Of a stretch of 64,000 bases of DNA, positions 53,084-64,000 are shown in pieces. Location: assembly GCF_006345805.1 (NCBI RefSeq), contig NC_042998.1:89218001-89282000 (forward strand), read 5' to 3'. Under the pieces are notes generated by a model, which did no database searches, was not told the DNA's origin, and saw nothing but the letters and a program-made list of their open reading frames with translations. The DNA is from Octopus sinensis (taxonomy: Eukaryota). Numbering within the stretch: the stretch's first letter is position 1; each line of letters opens with the position of its first letter. Position numbers and translations under genes: made by a program.

Positions 53084-53556
53084 GCATGCACACACAGACG
53101 ATAGTTAAGTACGATCCAGAGAACCTAGCGTAGGAAGTTAGTAAGCTTCAAGTATTTAGGTGGCTAGTGTAGAAGACAAAACGTGGAAAATATACGTTAA
53201 AATATATTTATTAACATCATAAGTACACACTTATTCCCAAATTGGAGTTAACAGGAATGTCGATAAGTCACATTAACACTGTTAACAATTAAACAAAGAT
53301 TGCAAGTTTACGAGTGGAACAAGTGAAATAGAGGCTACAAATGTTTCATAACTAGTTGAAGTTTGTTTCGTAAGAAGTAACGAGCACAAAACAGCTTAGT
53401 TAATCTTCAGGTCTTTGTTATCTCTGTGTAGTTTACATTTTTACAGGAAACAAATAAAATGTATATATATATACATATATATACTTATATATACATATAT
53501 ATAAAGAGAGAGAGAGAAAACGTCAGATAGGTAGGTAGGTAGATAGATAGATAGAC

Positions 53557-53630
<74 letters not shown>

Positions 53631-53744
53631 ATACTGCCTTCAGCTTCGAAGACTGAATCGTTGACATGCTCGCCCTAAATGGTCCGTATTTTTACTGGGC
53701 TTCTGGACATTGGCGGCTTTCAGGACATTGTGAAATTGTCAGGA

Positions 53745-54540
53745 CGCTATTAGTTTGTTTCAATAACTGCCCAAATCATAGGGTTGAAATCTTGTGAGTT
53801 TGGAGTCATCGAGTTATATTTTACGTGATCGCAAAGATTGACATCCATTCCCAGGTTACGAGAAATTTGTGACAAGATGCTGAGTTTTGTTGAAAAAAGT
53901 GGCCTTCCACTGCGCATTTTATCCATCCTGAGATTAACAACTGTCACCAGCACCTTGACGTAACATACAGCGTTAATCCTAAGACTCAGTGGAAAGACGT
54001 ATGGTGGCATGACATAACCGTTATTCACTACTCCTAAAGCCATCACAGATATTGGAAACTTAATGTGCACCACACTATGAGGACATTAGAACGATCTGTA
54101 TATAACCATCTGTAATTACTTCTGTTAGACCTATGGTCTTTGTTTATTTCCTATCAGAGATTTACAAGAGCATGAATCAGAGGGCTTTTAAACTTGTCAA
54201 ATAACAGCTTGGCTTAGATCAAATGGCTGTTTTGAGTCTTTGCAGGCATGAATTGGTATGCTCTCGGTGCATATGACTTGCATCGAATGTCCTTGTGCAC
54301 CATAGTTCTGATAATGCATTCCGACCCCTGGAGTTCTTTGGAAATAGCCCACACTGATTTTCTGGGATTGACATTGATAATGTTTTGAAACCGTTGATTG
54401 AATGAATTGCGACGTTTTGAAATTGTCTAAGTGTTTAGAATGTCTTCTTTCTCTTTGAAACCTTTGAAATATTCCTAGCAGAGGCTTCCCATTCCGTCCG
54501 AACTTGCTACTTTAAGATAGTTAACTCTTAAATCGTTGTG
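53745..54540 (-). pseudogene. Tc1/mariner-superfamily transposase fragment
   Basis: KFPISVMALGVVNNGYVMPPYVFPLSLRIN...TPNSQDFNPM resembles the TKFPASVMVLGVVS..GHVMPP..F...WPPNSPDLNP motifs. Upstream frameshifted remnants read VSKRKK...NPRKSVWAISKEL..SE..IR..VHKDIRCKSY. Confidence 0.85.
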
Positions 54541-54689
54541 TTACAATCAAATGGCAAAAATGACAGTATTTCTTTCCATTTCTTTTGCTAGCATTTATCT
54601 GCCATGGAAGATTTGAAAGAAATAAAGACCTTTTATTGGTTTGAAAAGAGTAATATACTGATGGATCAGGCACCTCAAATACCTCTCGT

Positions 54690-54820
54690 ACCTGTATGTA
54701 TGTATGTATGGCATTATTCAGTTTTATTTCAAGATTTCTTACCAATACAGAAAGAGCCGCTTTCGAACCCAGAACCAAGGCTCCTTCAATCGAATTTCAA
54801 CATCAACAGTAGGGTAATTT

Positions 54821-54852
<32 letters not shown>

Positions 54853-55075
54853 TGTATGTATGTATGTATGTATGTATGTATGTATACGTGCAGATTTGAA
54901 TGCTTTGCTTTATGTATGTATTCTCATGCATATACTTGCATATCTAGACATGCTCATATACTTAAATGATAAACTTCTGGAAAGTTTTACAGATTTTTAC
55001 AGTTCCAACGCTTGGATTTGTAGTCTTTGAATAAGCTTTCTCCTTTCTGGTTTTGAGAAACCTAATTTCTCATGT
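54690..55075 (-). mobile_element. Short 3'-end copy of the same R4-like LINE family as 35640-37555
   Basis: Aligns by eye with 35640-36150 (TTTCAAGATT..GAAAGAGCCG..-(TATG)n-..GACATGCTCATATACTTAAATGA..AACTTCTGGAAAGTTTTA..AGCTTTCTCCTTTCTGGTT.TGAGAA). Confidence 0.8.
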
Positions 55076-55098
55076 ATGTATGTATGTATGTATGTATG

Positions 55099-55132
<34 letters not shown>

Positions 55133-56671
55133 TGCATGTATGTATGTATGTATGTATGTATGCATGCATGTATACATGTATGTATGTATGAATGTATGAA
55201 TGTTTGTAAACTCTCAAGTCATTGTAAGTTTAGGCTATTTACGTTCTAAGTTCAAATATCGAATTCAACTTATTTCCGTCCCTACGATATCTTTAAATAC
55301 AGTACCAGTGTAGTACTGGGGTCGATGGTGCCGAGTAGGCCCTTTCCTTAAAATCAAATCCTCATATGTGTACATATGTATACAGATATGTATATATATA
55401 TTGTTGTACGAAGTACGACGTCCCCTGGCGAGAATGGACTGGACCACTACATATAAATAGTAGCGGTCTGAGTAAGTGAGGAAGTTCGTAGTTCGTGTAT
55501 GCCCAGAGTGGCAAATAAAGAAAACGTTCGTTGTTCGCATGTTAATATTTTAAAGTTGGAATTAAAAGTTTACAGTTTGAGTTAGCGTGTTGTATTGTTG
55601 GTTCTTAAAAGATTGTTGTAACATGCCGTGTGGTTACTGCCGTTTGTTTCAACTGTATTGTTATTATACTGTTGCAGTGTATTCGTTTATCCATAAGGAT
55701 ATAACACACACGCACACATATATCTATCTATATATGTAGCGTGTGTGTGTATGTATAATTATAATAGTTCCTATCTAGATTTTGATACTTATGTTTTCAT
55801 ACGTACGTACATAGATTGTTCGGTGCGAACGTAAATGTTTACTTATACAGTTACAATTAGAAATAAATACACAAGAAACCATTTAAAGCAATAAAAGCAA
55901 TGAACTCATTAAATCCATGAAAATAATTATGATCAATTAGCCACGTTTTGATACATGGGTTTTAATTTCACTTTCTTGAAACACACAAACTTTACTTAGT
56001 ACGTATTCTTGTTAACTGTACAGAAGAGAGAGAGGGAGAGAGAAACATAATTGAAGTATATGATAAAATGAGCTCTAATGGAGGGTGTGTTTTTAACTGT
56101 CTTAAGGATATGACAGGAAAATATTACAGATTTGATTACCTCAGTACTAGAACCACCCATAATAGATTGGGTTTTCATTCTCTTGCATCAATTTTAAATG
56201 ATGTAAGCTTTATTTTTTACAGCTTCTTATTGCAAAATTTACAATGCAGTACCAATAATATATCATGTGAAGAGCACAAACATAAGTCGCTATAGGTGTT
56301 TAGCTCCTGGCCAGTCGTGATCCAGAAAACCTATAATCAAAGACTATGGCCAACCCTTGTCTTTCGTTTCATAGATAGTGTTTCAACGTGTTCCTCCTAT
56401 TATAACAAAGAATTGATTTGAGAGAAATTTGGCTGCTATGTTTAGCAGGTTGAGTAACCGGATAGATGCACCCACATTTGGCTCGCACATATGCATATAG
56501 ATTGCTGTATGCCTTTGCGTAGAATAAATTCATCTCATTGTACATTGATAGCGTATGTGTGAGTTTATTATTCTTGTTTTATGCTTCTTTGTGTTAGTGA
56601 AGGGAAGATATCTAATTATTTTATTTGATATCACTAACTAATCACTGTTCTGTTCCATTAGTGGTCATATA

Positions 56672-57066
56672 GGTGGTGAGCTGGCAGAGTCGTTAGCACG
56701 CTGGACGAAATGCTTTGCGGTATTTCGTCCGCGCTGCGTACTGAGTTCAAATTCCGCCGAGGTCGACTTTGCCTTTCATCCTTTCGGGGTAGATAAATTA
56801 AGTACCAGTTACGCACTAGAGTCGATGTAATCGACTTAATCCGTTTGTCTGTCCTCGTTTGTTCCCTCTGTGTTTAGCCCCTTGTGGGCAGTAAAGAAAT
56901 AGGTATTTCGTTTGCTCTTACGTTCTGAGTTCACATTCTGCCGAGGTCGACTTTGCCTTTCATTCTTTCGGGGTCGATACACTAAGTACAAAGCAAGTAC
57001 TGGGGTCGATGTGATCGACTATCCCCCGCCCCTCAAATTCCAGGCCTTGAGCTTATAGTAGAAAAG
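56672..57066 (+). mobile_element. Dimeric octopus-type SINE (two monomers with different 3' tails)
   Basis: Monomer A ends AGCCCCTTGTGGGCAGTAAAGAAATA. Monomer B starts GGTATTTCG and ends TCCCCC...CAGGCCTTGAGCTTATAGTAGAAAAG. Confidence 0.88.
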
Positions 57067-60000
57067 ACTAATGGTTATATATTGAATTGTTCATATTTTA
57101 ACAAGGTGAAATATATTTCCTACTCATGTTTAACTTTCTATCTACCAATGGGTCCAATGGAAACGTTTCAGGTTTTTTCAGTTGCTTTTTCCTGCTGTTT
57201 ATATTATTTGTGAGTGTGTGTGTGTGTGGTATTTTCCGGCAATAACTTTTGTGAATCGACCTGAAGAAACATTTTGTGGAACTTTCACCTAATATCGTAT
57301 GAATTTAAATAGTTTGTATGTATAACCCATCATGTTGCTCAATAAAAAATAATTATATTGAATATTGAAACGATCGTAGGTTATAAAAACTCGCAATACC
57401 GTCATTTTCATTTTGTTACATAACACACACATACACATACACGTATACATACAGAGTTTAACAGTTAGTGACTCTTATGGAAATTACACAGGTTTTTTAT
57501 GACATGCAGGATGTGCCTAATCTTTCAGACCATCCCTAGTCTGAAAGATCAAGCGAACACAATTCTGGCAGGATTTGAATTAGATATTATAATATACTCA
57601 AATGTATTCTTTCTTCCAAAATTTTAAATAATGTTTGTAAAAGATGTTTTATAACTTTATATCGGTGATTTTAAGAATAAATGTGTAAAACAAATGTTAT
57701 GTATTAATCCAACCTCAACGTTTTTATGCTTTTTAAAACCACAAGGGGAGAAACTATAATAGTATTGTATTGTATTATGAATAAATAAACAATTTAAAGC
57801 AACATTTGCTGATCTACAAAACGTGCATAAAAAGTAAATTAAATCTAAATTATTCCATAAAATAACAACTCAGAAAATATCAGAAATAAAAAAAAAGTCA
57901 CAAACACGATAACATTTAAAAGCACCAATGAATATAATCTTTTTTGAAAGGTACTATATAAGTAGGATTGATGGTTATTTAAAGAAAGTTGAGAATCTGC
58001 AGACAAGTTAGAACACATGTAAATTTCGGATATATTTTTGTGTTAATGTATTGTTATAAGAGTATAATATATTAACAATGCAGCAGTAAGCAAACAATAC
58101 AGTAGTTAATGCAGTTGTTCTTAGGTGCCAAATAAGGTTTTATTAGAAACATCGTCTAGTATTCCATGTGCTTTCGCCCCCGGTAATAGTTTAGAAAGCT
58201 AAAAGTAGTGAGATGAGCAGATATTACGTCATTAGCAGACAACTATTTCCTTTAGATCTGGTATTTTCTTTCCTTTGACCTTATCATGTGAATTCTATTA
58301 CTTACTTCTTTATCTGAAAAACTGAAATGGAAAGAAAATAATATTGCGTATCTACAGTTTTCAAACTGGTATTAAATGAGTTTGAAATTTATCTTCAGCC
58401 GATTTGCTTCACAGTACAATATGTTACGTCAATGAAATCTAAAAACTGGTTTTATTTCCGAATATCATTTTAATGTATTTAATCCCCTCAAATGACAGGA
58501 AGTTGATAAGCAATAGAAATTAAATATTCATGTGCAGTGACTTGTGCTAAAATGTCTAGTACTTGTGGAGTGGAGTTACGTGATCTATAACAATACAATA
58601 TTTGATCAGCTTGTTAACTTTGATCATTTAAGAAGAAAGTTTGTCGCTGTGAGTATGCAGTAAAACTAATAGACCATAAACTATAAAGTATTCCAGTTAG
58701 AGCTTCTTGTTGGCTGAGTTTTACTATCTTTTATATGTAGTCTTATTTCTGATGACGGATAAATAGATTTTTTATTTTATTCGTTGAAACTGAAGTTTAC
58801 TGATAAAGAAAAAAAGAATACGTAGTCAGATGGGATAGTGGCTATGTTTCTTTTAATATACGTCTTCTAAAAAATATTGTTCACCACTACCATACTCCAT
58901 TCCAAATGCTTTCACCAAGTACATCCTAAGCCATCCTTATCTGACATTTTCTTTATTACTGACATTTACTATTGCATCAACAACAACACTTTTCAAAAGA
59001 CTTATCTATTTGTTGATATTCGAAAAGCTACGGGACCGAAGCAGCAATCACCTTAAATTAGCTAAGCTTCTCTTGGCAGCGTTCTCTCAGTGACATGTAC
59101 GAGGGAACTGCAAAAGAAATATAAGAAGGCTACAGAACATATGATTTTGTGAATCCTCAGAAGACATAAATTATGTGATAATTGAGAGGCATACGTACAC
59201 AAGAGTTCTGTACGAAATAAGTATTGTGAAATTCAATCATGCAATAAATTACTTTCAAAATCTATTTTTGGCAACTAGAGAAATTCGGGAAGCTATACGT
59301 GTAGTACTGTATACGTTTACACTTGCATTTAAATTTAAAGGTTCTCGGCGAAATATCTTCGCAATGTAATCTATGACTTCTTATCCCTTCTTTAACTGAG
59401 TGGTGGCGGAGCTGAGTTCTCACTAATTAAATAGCGTTACCTGTTTACATATGAGAGAAATACTTCATTATTGTTATAGGATACGTCCGCTTCGAAACCT
59501 TAGTTGCTAGAATAATTGTGGATGGAATGTACTACACTCCATCTACAAATATTTCAACTATTACTTCCTACGACATCATTCTGTGACATGCACCATTACT
59601 TAATTTTAATAGCATGATCTTAAAAGTCAGCCTAATTTTATCTTGATATAAAAAAGAAAGAAAGAATGCCTTGTACCATTAACAATTGATATTGTTCCAT
59701 ACATTTTTACATTTTTCAACAGCTCATTACTTTTCTTTACACGAGGGCCCCTGTAATCAGCATAAGAAAGATATCCGGGTCGTGTGATTAGTTTGTTTGC
59801 CTGAAGTGTTTGCATTGGACTTTGAAGTAGTAACTACAGTAGAATTATTATTCTGTCAATTCTTTAAAATATTGAATAGAGATAAGAGTTTTATGAATAT
59901 ATTTTTCTTGTATTACATTTAAAACTTGTTATCTTGCAAACATTGAGGCTGAAATTGTATTACTTTTAACAATAAAAATAGTTAAAATAAAACAATTTCG

Positions 60001-60104
60001 GTATAATTAGGAAGAAAATATAAATTTTCCAAACTTAAAAAAAAAAGCAGATTCAAACCTGTAAGCTACTGTAAATGTTGATACAGTCATGTATACTGAT
60101 TTTA

Positions 60105-60260
60105 AACTTTGGTACAAGGCCAGCAATTTCGGGAAGGGGCTAAGTCGATTATATCGATACTAGTGCTCAACTGGTATTTATTTTATCGAATCCCGAAAGG
60201 CAAAGTTAACCTTGGTAGAATTTGAGTTCGAGATGTAAGCACGAACGAAATGCCGCTAAG
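60105..60260 (-). mobile_element. 5'-truncated octopus-type SINE
   Basis: Reverse complement of the family, ending ...CGAAATGCCGCTAAG. Confidence 0.7.
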
Positions 60261-62671
60261 AATTGTCTATGCAGATCAAAGGAGAGATATTCTAGCAATT
60301 AAATGTATGGAATATAACAAAATAAAAGAAAAAGAAAACAGGCAAATAAATATTATATTTAATGTATACATTAAAATATGTCAATAATATGTCAATAATA
60401 GTTTTTTTAATTTTGTACTACCAATAGCACAAAATTAAAAACTATTATTGACATATTTTACTGCAAAATGCTGAGTTTAAACATTTTAAAGAATGGGATT
60501 AACTTTTTTTTACTTCAAAGCATTAAAAGAAAATTTTACTGGATCTAACGATAAATGTGAATTTGATATTAACATAATTTCATGATATAAAATGCATCCG
60601 TTACAGTTAGTTGTTAGACAAATATAGAAATGAAAAGGAAATCACAGGCTCATAAATCTCTACCAAATATAGTTTGGAAATATAAGGTGAACTACACTAA
60701 ATTTTAATTAAATCTTTTATTAGGTAATGAAACAAGCAACTTGTTTGTCGTTTATTTTACCTTTGCTTCATATAAATATGTACTTTTATGGTGAAGTATT
60801 TTCATTAACATGGAAAGCAATGAAATAGTTTTTTTTGTTTGTTTGTTTATTTATAAATTAGATTATAACTATTCTGAAAGTGTCACAGAGATTTTAATAA
60901 ATTTACTGTTTCTCTATAACTGGCTTGACTCAAACTTCGGACATTCAGTTTAGCCTCAACCAAACCGTGTTTTATTTTAAATTCTTATTATCAGTGAAAT
61001 GAAAACTTAGTCTTGTTTAAATATAAATAACCGTTGGATATTACGAATAATTTATAACAAATAATGAATAAACTGTAGACATATTATAACCACACTATGC
61101 ATTTAAAGCATCAGTTATTACACTTACGAATTTGTAAATAGAGTATTTCCATATGTTAATAACGGCAATCAGACCAGAACAAAAAAAGAAATTGCGTAAT
61201 GTTTCTATAGATAAATATAACAACACGAATGATATAACTACACGAATGGCATTCGAGGTAAACAAAAATAAATATTAATTTACAAATGTCCATAAATACG
61301 ATGACATTTACTTAAATCTGTTCTGACATACATGGTCGATAGCTACGCCTTTGTGTGTGTGTGTGTGTGTGTGCTTGAAATATACCGTTGTAAACAAAAC
61401 ATATAAATAGAATTCCCGGGTGTCTGTCTGTTGTTTGATACACACACATACACATATGCATATAAGTGTATATTTGTGTGTGTGTGTGCATACACGCACT
61501 CATATGCGCACACATATAGGCACATATATAATATTTGCACATACGCGCACACACATACACACATATGCACATGCATCTACATACAATAATATTTCGAGCT
61601 ATTGTTTGAATGAAATCTTTTTAATCTTCAGAGAATTGTCTATGCAGATCAAAGGAGAGATATTCTAGCAAATAAATGTATGGAATATAACAAAATAAAA
61701 GAAAAAGAAAACAGGCAAATAAATATTATGAGCCACAAATGGAGCTTCGAAAAAATCACTGGTCCTACTGAATATAATAACAAAATTTTTATAAACATTT
61801 TTAGCATATTTTAAAATCAAACCCCAATTCTTTAACGACTAAGATTTCATGACAGCTTGTTTTAAATGCTAAGACGTTTGATATTCAATTAATTTCCTTC
61901 CATTCGCTATGAAATGCTACACATAACTTTATCACTCTGGACATATGGGCGTTACAGTAGCGTAAAATTCTGCTATATTTATATTTTCATTCTGATTACA
62001 TTCATATTATTTTAAAAAACATATCGTTATTGTTTTAACTATATTTTTCAAGTAATCAGACTCTAATTTCTTTACCAGTTATGTATAATTTCAACTGGTA
62101 TTTAATGTCTCATGCATCAGTTAATAAAGTAGCTTTATTGTACAACCCAAGAAGAGAATCTTCATAGCAGTAATGCGTTTACGGGTAATAATAATGGTAA
62201 TCGAGAAACCAATTTATTGGTAATAATAATATTAATTCCGGCAATTATATTTTACATGTAATAACAGCGATAATCAAGCCAGCTTTGTTTTACAGGTGTG
62301 ATACTTGAATCATCACCAGATCAATGACCACGTTGCCTGCTGACTATTACATCTATATTACCTTTAGAAATTAACTGGATGCAGAAAGTGACCAATGAGT
62401 AACTTTAAGGCGACTTCTCTCACTCCAGTTGGCTGCGGAGTGTCTGAGACATACAGAGTTACCCGAAAGCCACGTCATCATCTTAGCACAGTTCCATGGG
62501 AGTATAAAAGCTGAGTATTACACCAAAACTATGATCAAAACTTTGATGGAAAAGCAGTGATGCCTTTTCTACTGATGAAATTAAGATGCAAATGACGAAA
62601 CGGGATATGTAGCACGTCCGTTATTCCGACACAAGTGTACGTTGTAGTCGAAAGATGATAATGGTTATCTT

Positions 62672-62712
<41 letters not shown>

Positions 62713-63312
62713 GCATGATGATGTTTTATTTCGATAAGGAAAGTAATGAGACTGCGAAGCGGGAAGCGGTTTCAGTTTTCAGTAAGTTTACTCATGAGAT
62801 TAAAGCCATTTCTGAAAATGGGTGAATGCCGCAAACTTTCTGTTACTTAAACCTGTATAATTCTATTTTACTAGTGAGACCAAATTGCCATCCGATCTCA
62901 TGTAATTTATTTTGCATTTCGACTGAGCTTTTTGAACGTGCGGTTCTGGAAAGAAGTTTCTCTGATGAAGCATCTTCACATTACTTTCACTAATAACGAC
63001 TTTTATAAAACCATGAACAATAGAAACTTTAAATTCCATAACACCTTACATCTCAAGCTCCTAATATATAACAGAAATTATATTTGTTAAGTTTTGTGAG
63101 ATAATATGATATTGTAAACATTATACAGCGCCTCCAGGAGATAGATTTAACTATACTTTCTTTAGATTTTCATGCCTAAGAAAGAACTAGCAACCAAGTA
63201 CCTAACTGAATGATTTTCACAATTACGATTTTATGCATGTTTTAACTTATATAACATATCGTTGAGTACAAAGTATACAGAAACAGGGTAGCATCAATGT
63301 ATTTATATATAA

Positions 63313-63706
63313 CTAGCAGTATCGCCCGGCGTTGCTCGGGTTTGTAAGGGAAATAACTATATAAGCATTTTTAGAGATGTAAAGTATAATAGCCATCTCA
63401 ATATGGCTAACCACAAAGGGGGGTGTTACTGTAGCTTTTTACGTTCTGAGATTTAATAATACATTTTTAGAGAGTTACTTCCCTTATATAATAGCAAAAA
63501 ATGCATTAAAAATGGGAAACAAATGATGGTAATTTTTTTTTAAAGCGTAGACTCATCGTAGACGCGCGCTAATACCCAGAAGGGCTCGATATGAATCACG
63601 ACTATAAGATACCCGCTTTGGGTTACACTGCACCGCAAAATGTGGGAGTAGTTAGGAATCTAAATCGTAGGAGACAGACACACAACTTCACTTTTATATA
63701 TATAGA
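63313..63706 (-). mobile_element. Complete non-autonomous Helitron (394 bp)
   Basis: Minus strand A|TCTATATATATAAAAGTG...CCCGAGCAACGCCGGG (subterminal hairpin)...CTAG|T. TC/CTAG termini, an A-T target and no TSD are the canonical Helitron hallmarks. Confidence 0.9.
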
Positions 63707-64000
63707 TTTTGGTTAGGGAATAGACTATTGTACTGGATGGCAGAATCAGATGAGAGTGAGATACAATATGCGAAAAATAATCAGCTTTGTTACTTTACGT
63801 TCAAATCATACGGATGTTGGCTTTGATGTTTATCATTTAGGTTTTGCTCTAGAATCCAACAGTACTATACAAGAAGTCATTTCGATCACTCAATAAATGT
63901 GTTGCCTGTGGCATTGCAAGGATTCCATGTTGATTTATGTCAGCAAGCGGCCACAGTTTGGTCAATCGAATTGATGCAATAACTGCCTACTTACTAATTT

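Noticed and set aside
62296-62330. TTTTACAG acceptor followed by a short coding-like stretch
   Set aside because: All frames stop within ~11 codons; it cannot be distinguished from chance.
62571-62625. CTGATGA...GAAA...GTT hammerhead-like spacing
   Set aside because: Stem III can pair, but stems I and II do not; probably coincidence.

Overview
This is AT-rich eukaryotic DNA, most likely a cephalopod (octopus-like) intron or intergenic region. That assignment is inferred from recalled similarity of the tRNA-derived SINE families and the extreme microsatellite load. I cannot support any intact host protein-coding gene; most ORFs in the supplied track are translations of (TA)n, (CA)n, (TATG)n, (TCTA)n or trinucleotide repeats. 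The window is a patchwork of decayed mobile elements: RTE, R4/Dong-like and CR1/Jockey-like LINE fragments, a gag-like ORF1 pseudogene, a solo LTR with a 4-bp TSD, Helitron-type elements, a mariner transposase fragment and many SINEs. The standout is a near-perfect 534-535 bp x 3.7 tandem array (16213-18196) inserted in a (TA)n tract. Every unit carries an apparently intact type I hammerhead ribozyme (CTGACGA / GAAA / GTC, with stems I-III pairing), which makes it a candidate retrozyme or Penelope-like circular-RNA element. Several decayed hammerhead-like motifs, two of them inside long palindromes, lie elsewhere in the window. All alignments and folds were done by eye.
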